Assembly (NCBI GenBank): GCA_964016885.1
Contig: OZ024742.1
Location: 17,670,001 to 17,734,000 of the forward strand
DNA length: 64,000 nucleotides
Origin: Eledone cirrhosa
Lineage: Eukaryota
Reading direction: 5' to 3'
Each line of letters starts with the position of its first letter. Within the stretch, counting starts at the first letter, position 1. The position numbers and the translations under genes are program-made. Shown one piece after another: positions 40,684 to 55,500 of the stretch. The notes beneath the pieces were generated by a model. The model ran no database searches. It saw only the letters and a list, made by a program, of their open reading frames with translations, and was not told the origin of the DNA.

Positions 40684-43600
40684 TTACAGACACATACTCA
40701 GAGAAGGCCCATTCATTCGGGCCATACTTGCTTCTCTCACCCATCTTTCAACAAAATGCTGGGAAGAGAGCACTTCCCTCTCTACCCTGATTTTCCTTTT
40801 CAAATGAAATTTGAAAAAGTTAATCAGGGCATCACCGAAGAGGTAAGTGCTCGTCTTCAGCCCTTTCAAACGTGTCCACCATACTATCTCTTTCGCCATG
40901 GCCACCAGACAGATAAAAACTGCCTGCCCTTCCAGGCTAAAGGAAGGGGGCGGGGCAATCCTCACGATGGACTCAGCTGATATCTGGATCCGTCCTACAC
41001 GTGACAGCAGGTGTTCGACATAAACCCACAAGTCAGCAATGCTCGGACACTGGACGAGTGCGTGCAGGACGGTTTCGTCGCCCTGCGCGCATCTCGGACA
41101 TGCCCGGCTGACGGCACCTCCATGCCTGTAGAGTTTATCCCGAACTGGCAAAGCTCCTCGGTAGCACTGCCAGGCCAGGGATTTCTGGAAGTTGTCCATA
41201 GGCCCCGGCCCGAAAGTCCTTCCGAAGAGATTGGCTAGTTGATTTTCGTCGACGCCTAGAGTTTCTCCAAGTACGTCGTCGCTCTTCCCCTCCACTAATC
41301 CCCTATAGAACGCCAAGGTGGAGTTTCCACCGATCACATTGCCCGATTGGTCGAGGGCTGTGAGCGCCTGAAGACATTCCAGTCTCCAAGCGCTCCCTCT
41401 CGGTCTTCGCTTGACCCAGGACTGCAGCTCCGTCAAGGAGACGAGCTGGGGAAAAACGTGTCTAGCAAACGGCGACCACACCTGATCACCGTCGAGGAAG
41501 AGGTGGAGATGTCGTAGCCTGAGCGCGTGTCTGCGCATCATCAGCCACGGCATGCCCAGCCCTCCACGTAGCGGGTGTTGACAGCAGATGGACCGCCTGA
41601 CCATCGGAGCGCGTCCCTTCCACAAGAAGCGAAAGAGCAAACGCTCCAGCGCAGTCAGGCGGGGCTTAGGACAAGGTACGACGGTCAGGCGGTAGTAGAT
41701 GACGGATGCGATGTACGCATTCGCCACCTCCTCTCGACCTTTCAGGGATAGCTTCCTCTCGGCCCATTTCTGGGTGAGAGAAGCCACCCTGCTCGTCACC
41801 TCATCCCAGTTTTTGTCAGTCTGGAGGTCTGGACCGAACCAGACCCCTAGCAATTTAACCGGTCCGTCCGTCCAGCGTCCGACGATGCTGTTGGACGGCA
41901 TGGACCTGCCTCTCCAGGTGCCGAGCTGCAGGCCCACTGACTTTTCCTGGTTGATCATTGCTCCTGTCACCGCTTCGTATTCTCTTAGTGTAGTGCCGAT
42001 CACCTCGATGTGTTTGGCGTTCGACACCGCTACGGTGACATCGTCGGCATATGCTGACACGGATCTTCCGCATCCTAGTTCGCGCGGGACCCCCCTCAAC
42101 GTCTCCAGTTTGTGCAGTAATGGCTCGAGAGTCAATACGTACAATAGGGACGAGAGGGGACATCCTTGGCGGACCGAGCGCATGATGTTGAACGGTTCCG
42201 AAAGGTGACCGTTCACTCTCACTACAGAGCAGATGTCGCTGTGCATGGCAGCGATCCAGCCTCTGAAGACGGGCCCAAAGCCAGCCGCCCTCAGGACTGC
42301 CGCTAGGTAACGATGGTCGACCCTATCGAAGGCTTTCGACTGATCTAAATTGATCAAAGACCCACCCGTGCCAGGTTCCCTAGCTACCCTCTCTACGATG
42401 TATCGCATGAGGTGGAGGTTGTCGTGGATGGATCTGTCGGGAATGGCGCATGTCTGTGCCTCTCCCACCAGACCACCAACAACAAGCGCCAACCTCTTTG
42501 CTAGCACCTTGGCCAAAATCTTGAACTCTGCGTTTAGCAGAGTTATGGGCCTAAAATTATCTATGTTATCCCCCTTGTTCGGATCCTTTCTCAGCAGCGC
42601 CACCACTCCTCGGCTCACAGAGCTGGGAATTCTCCCGTTCTGTTGCCAGTTGCAGTAGACGTCCGCCAAGAGGCCTCCGAACAAGTTTGGCATTTGTACG
42701 TAAAGTTCATAGGGCAGACCATCCAAACCAGGCGATTAACCCCTTGTGCAACTAGTCATTGCATCCCGTACTTCAGCGGTTGTTATCGGCTTTTCGCAAC
42801 ACTCCGCCTCAGTGGCCGAAAGCCACGGCAGTCCGTCGAGGTAGACACTAAAGTCCATCCCTCGATCCGGCCCGCCACTGCCCCCGAACAGTTGAGCGAA
42901 GTGTCGCTGAAAAGCTTCACACATTTGCCCGGGATCGAGTAGCATGCGCCCGTCGTGGTCCACCAAAGACCGGATCGTGGGTTTGTTGCCACGACGCGCC
43001 TCCGCCACTCGGGCCCATTGAACGGCTTTCGTCCCCTCGTGTCTGAGAGCACGCACCCTAGCTCTGACAACGCAGCCTTCGTGCTTTGCATTGAAGAATT
43101 GGTCAAGGGCCGATTTCGCCGCAAGTACGTCGGTCGCGATGCCTTTGCTAAGCGCCTCATCTAATTTTCTAACTAATTCTCCCTCGGCTCTATTTTTCTC
43201 TATTGCTAAAGTCTTACTAAACCTAATGGACTCTATTCTAATTGATCTTTTCAGAGCAAACCACCACTTGTTGTTGACGATGGACCCCGTCAACGCCCGC
43301 TTAACTAGTTCGCTAATACGGTCTCTGTAGGCCTTGCGCGCTGGTAAGGACGCGTTTAGCTTCCAGTAGCCGGGTCCTCGTCTATGAAGCCTATCTAAGT
43401 CAAGCACACAGATCACGAATTTGTGGTCCGTGAAGCTGACTATCTTGAATTGTGGACAGCCTATGCTAGACCTATCTATTTCCCTACAAAATACTCTATC
43501 TAGATATGATCTGGATGACCCTATGCGATTTGTCCAAGTCCACATTGGTACATTCGGGAAATCCATTTGGTACCTGTCAGACAGTTCAAAACGTCTGAGC

Positions 43601-44103
43601 AGGTTGGTGAGACTCTTGCACCCTCCTTCCCTATCCACTAATCCCACACAATCCCAGCGTGCATCTAAGATCCCGTTCCAGTCGCCCACTAACACTAAAG
43701 AGCGGGACGTTCCAAGAAAGGTCTCCAGACGCCGGAAGAAATCAGGCCGCCCTGCTCCTGTCGGGGCATAGACGGCCACTAACCTGAAAGCTTGCCCGTC
43801 TCCGCTGGTCACGTCCAGCACCACCAACTTACCTTCTGGGTCCAGGAAGATGGCCCGTATGGCAAGATCCAAACCTCTCCGAAAGAGCACAGAAACTCCT
43901 CCCCCCGATCCCGGACGGCTGAGAGATGCGTACACATCGTAGCCGCCGAAGATCGGTGCGAAAGCCTGTGCTTCGGAGATTCTGGTCTCGCTGATGGCCA
44001 CTACATCTATGTTTAGTGACCTGGGGTCGTTGAGCAGGTGGCCCTGCTTCCATGACGACCCCAAGCCACGCGCATTTATGCTGCCTATTCTGAGCGAGGT
44101 CAT
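40684..44103 (-). pseudogene. ORF2 (APE endonuclease, RT, C-terminal zinc finger) with one premature stop
   Basis: NARGL, GDWN, LDR, TDH; QGCPLS, YADD; CPRC..H..C; in-frame TAA at 42736-42738 where units B and C encode Lys. Confidence 0.93.
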
Positions 44104-44137
44104 GTTGAAAAGGAGTGGAAAAGATGGGAAAGACCAC

Positions 44138-46091
44138 TTACCTTACTTCTCGTAGGGGAAGGACGCTTTTTCCATCCTTTTCACTGCTTGTGGCTTCCTC
44201 AGGAAGGATGTCCTTATAAATCCTCCTGGAGAGTGCTTGTCGGAAGTCTCCGATGTCTTTGGGGAATTTTTGTTTTAGTGTCATGTACGTTTTCTGTGTG
44301 ATGCGAGTGATTTGTATGTGTGGAGGTGGTGTGAATTTTGGGGTTGTTGTGTAGTCTTTTTCTGTGATGCTGGTGTTGTGTTGGATGTAGTGTAATAATT
44401 GCTTGTTGTTCAAATTTAATGCTGTGTAGTGTGTATCGTTTTGGTTGTTTTGTTTTGTTTGCGTTTGTTGTGGGTTTGTTTCTGTTTCGCATTTTGGTGA
44501 CTTTTGTGGTGTAGGTGATGGTGGTTTTGGGGTTAATGATGGTGATGGTGTTGGTGATGCTGGCATATCTGTCCTAACTTTTTTGTTTGTTAATTTATTT
44601 GTTTCCCTCTGTATTTTGTTTTTGGAGTGGGAAGGAAGAGAATTTTTTCTTTTTTGGTTTCTTTTTTTTTCCTGATACCGTTTCCCACTCCTCGTTGTCA
44701 CAATCTGTTTCCAGTTGTGATAGGCCGGGGAGTGGAAAATCCTTCACATGCGTTAGTTTTGGTTGTGGCGTGGTGGATGGTGTAGGCGCTGGTGCTAGTT
44801 CTGAAGCGTTGGGTGGTGGTGGTGTTGGTTTTGCTGGTGGTGGTGGTGTTGGTTTTGCTACTGTTGCTGGGGTTGTTGCTGTTATAGTTGCTTCTGTTGT
44901 TGCTGCTACAGTTGTTGCTGCCATCTCTGCTACTGGTGGTGTTGATGGTTGTGTCACTGGGGTGGGTAGGAGAGGTGGCCTCAATCTTTTAGCCTGAGGG
45001 CAGAAAGCCCTTAGGTGGGTTCCTTCACCACAAACGACACACCTAGGTCTTCTGCCCTCGACAATTACCGTGAGGTGGCTGCCGTCAGTGAGGTCTATTA
45101 CCTCTGGGATCTCCTCAATGCTTTTTTGGTCCGCTTGGATCAGGAGCTCCATCCCAGATCCGGACCAGTTCTCCTGCTTTTCTTTTTCTATTGTTATTAT
45201 TTTTGTGTTGGCTTCGATGCCGGCGAGGACGACCGCTATTAGCCAGGGAATTTCGATGGCCGGTGGAACGTGGGTCACCCTGATCTTTACGAGTCTCTGG
45301 CCACAATAGCTTGGGACGAGTGTGAAGTCGTCACTTCTTAATGGGCCATGGAGTGTTCTCTAGCCTCCTCTGGTGTTTCAAAGAACACGTCCACGGTTCC
45401 ATACTTTTGCCCACGTCTGATGTGGGTTTTTTCTTGCCCACACATGTCCCAAAGCTTTTTGGATTTGGGACTCGGATGCCCGTTCCACTCGGCGCGATTT
45501 TACATTTATTGTTCGATACGACACAGTGCATAGGCGCCGATGCTCCATGTTATTAGGTGGCGGGGTGAGGCTGACCCTGTACGCATCTTTCTTTACCATT
45601 TGTTTAGCATTTTCTAAATCCTCCTGAGTTACTGTAAATGCTTCGAACTGTTTTGCTACTCTGGCAAAACTGAGGGTGGTTTTTTTAATGTCATTGTTGT
45701 TGTTGTTGTTGCTATCGTTGCTTTTGTTATTATTAATTTTAGTTTCAGCTGTGGTGGTGGTGACGTCAGTGAAATTCTGTTTGGGAGAGTCCATTTTGGA
45801 AAATATTTCGACATCACGAGTTGATTTATTTTTTCCTTTTGTTTCTGTTGTCGCGGTGGTGGTGGTGGTGGTGGTGGTGGTGGTGGTGGTGGTTGTCGCG
45901 GTGGCTTTAACACCTGCAGTCATTGGTAATGGCGGGAAATGAATGTCTGCCTGAGACAAATTTAAAATATTGCTAGTGCTTAAATTGTGTGTGTTGGCAG
46001 ACGTAATATCATTTACAATGGTGGTGTCGGTGTGAGGTGTTAATTTGTGAGAAGGGCTTTCAGCTGCTTGGTGCAGTGCTGAATTAGCCAT
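44138..46091 (-). pseudogene. ORF1 (CCHC zinc knuckle, Pro/Thr-rich), frameshifted
   Basis: CVVCGEGTHLRAFC; frameshifts in T-homopolymers near 45430 and 44660. Confidence 0.85.
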
Positions 46092-46568
46092 TTTTTTTTC
46101 AAAGAAATTTTTTGATAATCATAAAAGTTTAAATTTTGGGCACAAGGCCCCAATCTTTTTGGGTGTCCTTTTCGGAAAACGATGTATGTGCGCTTATATA
46201 TAGTTAACAATAAAAATTTTCCATAAATGGCAATTTTTAACAAACGGAAATAACAAACCTTTGCGGAGCTCACGATGATACGATTTACTACGTAGGTCGC
46301 CAATAATAATAATAATAATAATAATGTTTTCTTTATTAACCACAAGGGTTCATATAAAGTAGACATTAAGGACAGTACAGGACAATACAGGACGGTACAA
46401 ATGGGCATTTCTGCGTGTAAAAAAACAGAGGTTGAAATAAAATAACAAAGAAAAATTCCCCAATAGGGCGGAGACTTCCAAGGGACATTTGTGGAGAAAG
46501 CCCATTAAAAGACCACAGTGGCCCTGACCACCAGGGCAAGTGCCCTCTCCCAGTTTTCCACCTTTAAT

Positions 46569-49500
46569 TTACAGACACATACTCAGAGAAGGCCCATTCA
46601 TTCGGGCCATACTTGCTTCTCTCACCCATCTTTCAACAAAATGCTGGGAAGAGAGCACTTCCCTCTCTACCCTGATTTTCCTTTTCAAATGAAATTTGAA
46701 AAAGTTAATCAGGGCATCACCGAAGAGGTAAGTGCTCGTCTTCAGCCCTTTCAAACGTGTCCACCATACTATCTCTTTCGCCATGGCCACCAGACAGATA
46801 AAAACTGCCTGCCCTTCCAGGCTAAAGGAAGGGGGCGGGGCAATCCTCACGATGGACTCAGCTGATATCTGGATCCGTCCTACACGTGACAGCAGGTGTT
46901 CGACATAAACCCACAAGTCAGCAATGCTCGGACACTGGACGAGTGCGTGCAGGACGGTTTCGTCGCCCTACGCGCATCTCGGACATGCCCGGCTGACGGC
47001 ACCTCCATGCCTGTAGAGTTTATCCCGAACTGGCAAAGCTCCTCGGTAGCACTGCCAGGCCAGGGATTTCTGGAAGTTGTCCATAGGCCCCGGCCCGAAA
47101 GTCCTTCCGAAGAGATTGGCTAGTTGATTTTCGTCGACGCCTAGAGTTTCTCCAAGTACGTCGTCGCTCTTCCCCTCCACTAATCCCCTATAGAACGCCA
47201 AGGTGGAGTTTCCACCGATCACATTGCCCGATTGGTCGAGGGCTGTGAGAGCCTGAAGACATTCCAGTCTCCAAGCGCTCCCTCTCGGTCTTCGCTTGAC
47301 CCAGGACTGCAGCTCCGTCAAGGAGACGAGCTGGGGAAAAACGTGTCTAGCAAACGGCGACCACACCTGATCACCGTCGAGGAAGAGGTGGAGATGTCGT
47401 AGCCTGAGCGCGTGTCTGCGCATCATCAGCCACGGCATGCCCAGCCCTCCACGTAGCGGGTGTTGACAGCAGATGGACCGCCTGACCATCGGAGCGCGTC
47501 CCTTCCACAAGAAGCGAAAGAGCAAACGCTCCAGCGCAGTCAGGCGGGGCTTAGGACAAGGTACGACGGTCAGGCGGTAGTAGATGACGGATGCGATGTA
47601 CGCATTCGCCACCTCCGCTCGACCTTTCAGGGATAGCTTCCTCTCGGCCCATTTCTGGGTGAGAGAAGCCACCCTGCTCGTCACCTCGTCCAGTTTTTGT
47701 CCGTCTGGAGGTCTAGACCGAACCAGACCCCTAGCAATTTAACCGGTCCGTCCGTCCAGCGCCCGACGACGCTGTTGGACGGCATGGACCTGCCTCTCCA
47801 GGTGCCGAGCTGCAGGCCCACTGACTTTTCCTGGTTGATCATTGCTCCTGTCACCGCTTCGTATTCTCTTAGTGTAGTGCCGATCGCCTCGATGTGTTTG
47901 GCGTTCGACACCACTACGGTGACATCGTCGGCATATGCTGACACGGATCTTCCGCATCCTAGTTCGCGCGGGACCCCCCTCAACGTCTCCAGTTTGTGCA
48001 GTAATGGCTCGAGAGTCAAAACGTACAATAGGGACGAGAGGGGACATCCTTGGCGGACCGAGCGCATGATGTTGAACGGTTCCGAAAGGTGACCGTTCAC
48101 TCTCACTACAGAGCAGATGTCGCTGTGCATGGCAGCGATCCAGCCTCTGAAGACGGGCCCAAAGCCAGCCGCCCTCAGGACTGCCGTTAGGTAACGATGG
48201 TCGACCCTATCGAAGGCTTTCGACTGATCTAAATTGATCAAAGACCCACCCGTGCCAGGTTCCCTAGCTACCCTCTCTACGATGTATCGCATGAGGTGGA
48301 GGTTGTCGTGGATGGATCTGTCGGGAATGGCGCATGTCTGTGCCTCTCCCACCAGACCACCAACGACAAGCGCCAACCTCTTTGCTAGCACCTTGGCCAA
48401 AATCTTGAACTCTGTGTTTAGCAGAGTTATGGGCCTAAAATTATCTATGTTATCCCCCTTGTTCGGATCCTTTCTCAGCAGCGCCACCGCTCCTCTGCTC
48501 ACAGAGCTGGGAATTCTCCCGTTCTGTTGCCAGTTGCAGTAGACGTCCGCCAAGAGGCCTCCGAATAAGTTTGGCATTTGTACGTAAAGTTCATAGGGCA
48601 GACCATCCAAACCAGGCGATTTACCCCTTGTGCAACTAGTCATTGCATCCCGTACTTCAGCGGTTGTTATCGGCTTTTCGCAACACTCCGCCTCAGTGGC
48701 CGAAAGCCGCGGCAGTCCGTCGAGGTAGACACTAAAGTCCATCCCTCGATTCGGCCCGCCACTGCCCCCGAACAGTTGAGCGAAGTGTCGCTGAAAAGCT
48801 TCACACATTTGCCCGGGATCGAGTAGCATGCGCCCGTCGTGGTCCACCAAAGACCGGATCGTGGGTTTGTTGCCACGACGCGCCTCCGCCACTCGGGCCC
48901 ATTGAACGGCTTTCGTCCCCTCGTGTCTGAGAGCACGCACCCTAGCTCTGACAACGCAGCCTTCGTGCTTTGCATTGAAGAATTGGTCAAGGGCCGATTT
49001 CGCCGCAAGTACGTCGGTCGCGATGCCTTTGCTAAGCGCCTCATCTAATTTTCTAACTAATTCTCCCTCGGCTCTATTTTTCTCTATTGCTAAAGTCTTA
49101 CTAAACCTAATGGACTCTATTCTAATTGATCTTTTCAGAGCAAACCACCACTTGTTGTTGACGATGGACCCCGTCAACGCCCGCTTAACTAGTTCGCTAA
49201 TACGGTCTCTGTAGGCCTTGCGCGCTGGTAAGGACGCGTTTAGCTTCCAGTAGCCGGGTCCTCGTCTATGAAGCCTATCTAAGTCAAGCACACAGATCAC
49301 GAATTTGTGGTCCGTGAAGCTGACTATCTTGAATTGTGGACAGCCTATGCTAGACCTATCTATTTCCCTACAAAATACTCTATCTAGATATGATCTGGAT
49401 GACCCTATGCGATTTGTCCAAGTCCACATTGGTTCATTCGGGAAATCCATTCGGTACCTGTCAGACAGTTCAAAACGTCTGAGCAGGTTGGTGAGACTCT

Positions 49501-49987
49501 TGCACCCTCCTTCCCTATCCACTAATCCCACACAATCCCAGCGTGCATCTAAGATCCCGTTCCAGTCGCCCACTAACACTAAAGAGCGGGACGTTCCAAG
49601 AAAGGTCTCCAGACGCCGGAAGAAATCAGGCCGCCCTGCTCCTGTCGGGGCATAGACGGCCACTAACCTGAAAGCTTGCCCGTCTCCGCTGGTCACGTCC
49701 AGCACCACCAACTTACCTTCTGGGTCCAGGAAGATGGCCCGTATGGCAAGATCCAAACCTCTCCGAAAAAGCACAGCAACTCCTCCTCCCGATCCCGGAC
49801 GGCTGGGAGATGCGTACACATCGTAGCCGCCGAAGATCGGTGCGAAAGCCTGTGTTTAGGAGATTCTGGTCTCGCTGATGGCCACTACATCTATGTTTAG
49901 TGACCTGAGGTCGTTGAGCAGGTGGCCCTGCTTCCATGACGACCCCAAGCCACGCGCATTTATGCTGCCTATTCTGAGTGAGGTCAT
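46569..49987 (-). pseudogene. ORF2 with two stops and a frameshift
   Basis: TAA near 49856, 1-nt deletion near 47690, TAG at 46968. Confidence 0.9.
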
Positions 49988-50021
49988 GTTGAAAAGGAGT
50001 GGAAAAGATGGGAAAGACCAC

Positions 50022-52019
50022 TTACCTTACTTCTCGTAGGGGAAGGACGGCTTTTCCATCCTTTTCACTGCTTGTGGCCTCCTCAGGAAGGATGTCCTTA
50101 TAAATCCTCCTGGAGAGTGCTTGTCGGAAGTCTCCGATGTCTTTGGAGAATTTTTGTTTTAGTGTCATGTACGTTTTCTGTGTGATGCGAGTGATTTGTA
50201 TGTGTGGAGGTGGTGTGAATTTTGGGGTTGTTGTGTAGTCTTTTTCTGTGATGCTGGTGTTGTGTTGGATGTAGTGTAATAATTACTTGTTGTTCAAATT
50301 TAATGCTGTGTAGTGTGTATCGTTTTGGTTGTTTTGTTTTGTTTGCGTTTGTTGTGGGTTTGTTTCTGTTTCGCATTTTGGTGACTTTTGTGGTGTAGGT
50401 GATGGTGGTGTTGGAGTTAATGATGGTGATGGTGTTGGTGTTTGGGTTGATGGGGTTGGTGATGCTGGTGTGGATGGTGGCATATCTGTCCTAACTTTTT
50501 TGTTTCTTAGTTTATTTGTTTCCCTCTGTATTTTGTTTTTGGAGGGGGAAGGAAGAGAATTTTTTTCTTTTTTGGTTTCTTTTTTTTTTCCGGATATCGT
50601 TTCCCACTCCTCGGCGTCACAATCTGTCTCCAGTTGTGATAGGCCGGGGAGTGGAAAATCCTCCACAGCCGTTAGTTTTGGTTGTGGTGTGGTGGATGGT
50701 GTAGGCGCTGGTGCTAGTTCTGAAGCGTTGGGTGGTGGTGGTGTTAGTTTTGCTGGTGGTGGTAGTGGTGTTGGTTTTGCTACTGTTGCTGGGGTTGTTG
50801 CTGTTATAGTTGCTTCTGTTGTTGCTGCTACAGTTGTTGCTGCCATCTCTGCTACTGGTGGTGTTGATGGTTGTGTCACTGGGGTGAGTAGGAGAGGTGG
50901 CCTCAATCTTTTAGCCTGAGGGCAGAAAGCCCTTAGGTGGGTTCCTTCACCACAAACGACACACCTAGGTCTTCTGCCCTCGACAATTACCGTGAGGTGG
51001 CTGCCGTCAGTGAGGTATATTACCTCTGGCATCTCCTCAATGCTTTTTTGGTCCGCTTGGATCAGGAGCTCCATCCCAGATCCGGACCAGTTTTCCTGCT
51101 TTTCTTTTGCTACTGCTATTATTTTCGTGTTGGCTTCGATGCCGGCGAGGACAGCCGCTATTAGCCAGGGAATTTCGATGGCCGGTGGAACGTGGGTCAC
51201 CCTGATCTTTACGAGTCTCTGGCCACAATAGCTTGGGACGAGTGTGAGGTCGTCACTTTTTAATGGGGCCATAGAGTGTTCTCTAGCCTCCTCTGGTGTT
51301 TCAAAGAACACATCCACGGTTCCATACTTTTGCCCACGTCTGACGTGGGTTTTTCTTGCCCACACATGTCCCAAAGCTTTTTGGATTTGGGACTCGGATG
51401 CCCGTTCCACTCGGCGCGATTTTACATTTATTGTTCTATACGACACGGTGCACAGGCGCCGATGCTCCATTTTATTAGGTGGGGGGGTGAGGCTGACCCT
51501 GTACCCATCTTTCTTTACCATTTGTTTGGCATTTTCTAAATCTTCTTGAGTTACCGTGAACGCTTCGAATTGTTTTGCTACGATGGCGAAACTGAGGGTC
51601 GGTTTTATAATGTCATTGTTGTTGTTGTTGCTATCGTTATTTGTGTTAATCTTAATTTTTGTTTCAGTTGTGGTGGTGGTGACGTCATTCGTCTTTGGTG
51701 CGGAAGAGTCCATTTTGCTTGATTTCATTTCGACATCACGAGTTAATTTATTTTTTTATTCTTTTGTTTCTGTTGTCGCGGTGGTGGTGGGGGTGGTGGT
51801 TGTCGCGGTGGTGGTGGTGGTGGTGGAGGCTTTAACACCTGCAGTCATTGGTAATGGCGGGAAATGAATGTCTGCCTGAGACAAATTTAAAATATTGCTA
51901 CTGCTTATATTTTTTTTTGTGTTGGCAAACGTAGTAACATTTACAATGGTGGTGTCGGTGTGAGGTGTTATTTTGTGAGGAAGGCTTTCAGCTGCTTCGT
52001 GCAGAGGGGAATTAGCCAT
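50022..52019 (-). pseudogene. ORF1, disrupted
   Basis: Same CCHC knuckle as unit A; break near 51756 and stop at 50283. Confidence 0.85.
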
Positions 52020-52227
52020 TTTTTTCAAAGAAATTTTTTTGGATAATAATAAAAGTTAAAATTTTGGGCACAAGGCCCCAATCTTTTTGGGTGTCCTTTT
52101 CGGAAAACAATGTATGTGTGCTTATAAACAGTTAACAATAAAATTTTCCATAAATGGCAATTTTAACAAACGGAAATAACAAACCTTTGCGGAGCTCACG
52201 ATGATACGATTTACTACGTAGGTCGCC

Positions 52228-52277
<50 letters not shown>

Positions 52278-52538
52278 TTTCTTTATTAACCACAAGGGTT
52301 TACATAAAGTAGACATTAAGGACAGTGCAGGACAATGCAGGACGGTACAAATGGGCATTTCTGCGTGTAAAAAAAACAAAAATAGAGGATGTAACAAAAA
52401 TAACAATGAAAATAACAATGAAAAATTCCCCAATAGGGGGGAGACTTCGGAGGGACATTTGTGGAGAAAGCCCAGTAAAAAGCCACAATGACCCTGACCA
52501 CCAAGGCAAGTGCCCTCTCCCAGTTTTCCACCTTTAGT

Positions 52539-55500
52539 TTACAGATATATACTCAGAGTCGGCCCATTCACTCGGGCCATTCTTGCTTCTCTCACCCATC
52601 TTTCAACAAAATGCTGGGAAGAGAGCACTTCCTTCTCTACTCTGATTTTCCTTTTCAAATGAAATTTGAAAAAGTCAATCAGAGCATCACCGAAGAGGTA
52701 AGTGCTCGTCTTCAGCCCTTTCAAACGTGTCCACCATACTATCTCTTTCGCCATGGCCACCAGACAGATAAAAACTGCCTGCCCTTCCCGGCTAAAGGAG
52801 GAGGGCGGGGCAATCCTCACGATAGACTCAGATGATAGCTGGATCCGTCCTAAACGCGACAGCAGGTGTTCGACATAAACCCACAAGTCAGCAATTTTCG
52901 GACACTGGACGAGTGCGTGCAGGACGGTTTCGTCGCCCTGCGCGCATCTCGGACATGCCCGGCTGACGGCACCTCCATGCCTGTAGAGTTTATCCCGAAC
53001 TGGCAAGGCTCCTCGGTAGCACTGCCAGGCCAGAGATTTCTGGAAGTTGTCCATAGGCCCTGGCCCGAAGGTTCTTCCGAAGAGATTGGCTAGTTGATTT
53101 TCGTCGACGCCTAGAGTTTCCCCAAGTACGTCGTCGCTCTTCCCCTCCACTAATCCTCTATAGAACGCCGAGGTGGAGTTTCCACCGATCACATTGCCCG
53201 ATTGGTCGAGGGCTGTGAGCGCCTGAAGACATTCCAGTCTCCAGGCGCTCCCTCTCGGTCTTCGCTTGACCCAGGACTGCAGCTCCGTCAAGGAAACGAG
53301 CTGGGGAAAAACGCGTCTAGCAAACGGCGACCACACCTGATCACCGTCGAGGAAGAGGTGGAGATGTCGTAGCCTGAGCGCGTGCCTGCGCATCATCAGC
53401 CACGGCATGCCCAGCCCTCCACGTAGCGGGTGTTGACAACAGATGGACCGCCTGACCATCGGAGCACGTCCCTTCCACAAAAAGCGAAAGAGCAAACGCT
53501 CCAGCGCAGTCAGGCGAGGCTTAGGACAAGGTACGACGGTTAGGCGGTAGCAGATGACAGACGCGATGTACGCGTTAGCCACCTCCGCTCGACCTTTCAG
53601 GGATAGCTTCCTCTCCGCCCATTTCTGGGTGAGAGAAGCCACCCTGCTCGTCACCTCGTCCCAGTTTTTGTCCGTCTGGAGGTCCGGACCGAACCAGACC
53701 CCTAGCAATTTAACCGGTCCGTCCGTCCAGCGCCCGACGACGCTGTTGGACGGCATGGACCTGCCTCTCCAGGTGCCGAGCTGCAGGCCCACTGACTTTT
53801 CCTGGTTGATCATTGCTCCTGTCACCGCTTCGTATTCTCTTAGTGTAGTGCCGATCGCCTCGATGTGTTTGGCGTTCGACACCACTACGGTGACATCGTC
53901 CGCATATGCTGACACGGATCTTCCGCATCCTAGTTCGCGCGGGACTCCCCTCAACGTCTCCAGTTTGTGCAGTAATGGCTCGAGAGTCAATACGTACAAG
54001 AGGGACGAGAGGGGACATCCTTGGCGGACCGAGCGCATGATGTTGAACGGTTCCGACAGGTGACCGTTCACTCTCACCACAGAGCAGATGTCGCTGTGCA
54101 TGGCAGCGATCCAGCCTCTGAAGACGGGCCCAAAGCCAGCCGCCCTCAGGACTGCCGCTAGGTAACGATGGTCGACCCTATCGAAAGCTTTCGACTGATC
54201 TAAATTGATCAAGGACCCACCCGTGCCAGGTTCCCTAGCTACCCTCTCTACGATGTATCGCATGAGGTGGAGGTTGTCGTGGATGGATCTGTCGGGAATG
54301 GCGCATGTCTGCGCCTCTCCCACCAGACCACCAACGACAAGCGCCAACCTCTTTGCTAGCACCTTGGCCAAAATCTTAAACTCTGTGTTTAGCAGAGTTA
54401 TGGGCCGGAAATTGTCTATGTTATCCCCCTTGTTCGGATCCTTTCTCAGCAGTGCCACCGCTCCTCGGCTCACAGAACTGGGAATTCTCCCGTTCTGTTG
54501 CCAGTTGCAGTAGACGTCCGCCAAGAGGCCTCCGAACAAGTCTGGCATCTGTACGTAAAGTTCATAGGGCAGACCATCCAAACCAGGCGATTTACCCCTT
54601 GTGCAGCCAGTCATTGCCTCCCGTACTTCAGCGGCTGTTATCGGCTTTTCGCAACACCTCGCCTCAGTGGCCGAGAGCCGCGGCAGCCCGTCGAGGTAGA
54701 CACTAAAGTCCATCCCTCTACCCGGCCCCCCGCTGCCCCCGAACAGCTGAGCGAAGTGTCGCTGAAAAGTTTCACACATTTGCCCGGGATCGAGTAGCAT
54801 GCGCCCGTCGTGGTCCACCAAAGACCGGATCGTGGCTTTGTTGCCACGACGCGCCTCCGCCACTCGGGCCCATTGAACGGCTTTCGTCCCCTCGTGTCTG
54901 AGAGCACGCACCCTAGCTCTGACAACGCAGCCTTCGTGCTTTGCATTGAAGAATTGGTCAAGGGCCAATTTCGCCGCAAGCACGTCGGTCGCAATGCCTT
55001 TGCTAAGCGCCTCGTCTAATTTTCTAACTAGTTCTCCCTCTGCTCTATTTTTCTCTATTGCTAAAGCCTTACTAAACCTAATCGATTCTATTCTAATCGC
55101 TCTTTTCAGAGCAAACCACCACTTGTTGTTGACGATGGCCCCCGTCAACGCCCGCTTAACTAGTTCGCTAATCCGGTCTCTGTAGGCCTTGCGCGCTGGT
55201 AAGGACGCGTTTAGCTTCCAGTAGCCGGGTCCTCGTCTATGAAGCCTATCTAAGTCAAGCACACAGATCACGAATTTGTGGTCCGTGTAGCTGACTATCT
55301 TGAATTGTGGACAGCCTATGCTAGACCTATCTATTTCCCTACAAAATACTCTATCTAGATATGATCTGGATGACCCTATGCGGTTTGTCCAAGTCCACAT
55401 TGGCACATTCGGGAAATCCAATCGGTACCTGTCAGACAGTTCAAAACGCCTGAGCAGGTTGGTGAGGCTCTTGCACCCTCCACCCCTATCCGCTAATCCC

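Larger units (their letters stand above)
40440..46301 (-). mobile_element. Full-length Tx1/L1-like LINE, unit A
   Basis: 5'UTR, ORF1, ORF2, 3'UTR with AATAAA; bounded by (AAT)n on both sides. Confidence 0.95.
46326..52227 (-). mobile_element. Full-length Tx1/L1-like LINE, unit B
   Basis: Near-identical to unit A including the 5' end GGCGACCTACGTAG; (AAT)n at both junctions. Confidence 0.95.

Noticed and set aside
40440-52227. Units A and B as an assembly duplication
   Set aside because: They carry different inactivating mutations and ORF1 indels; homopolymer frameshifts could still be read errors.
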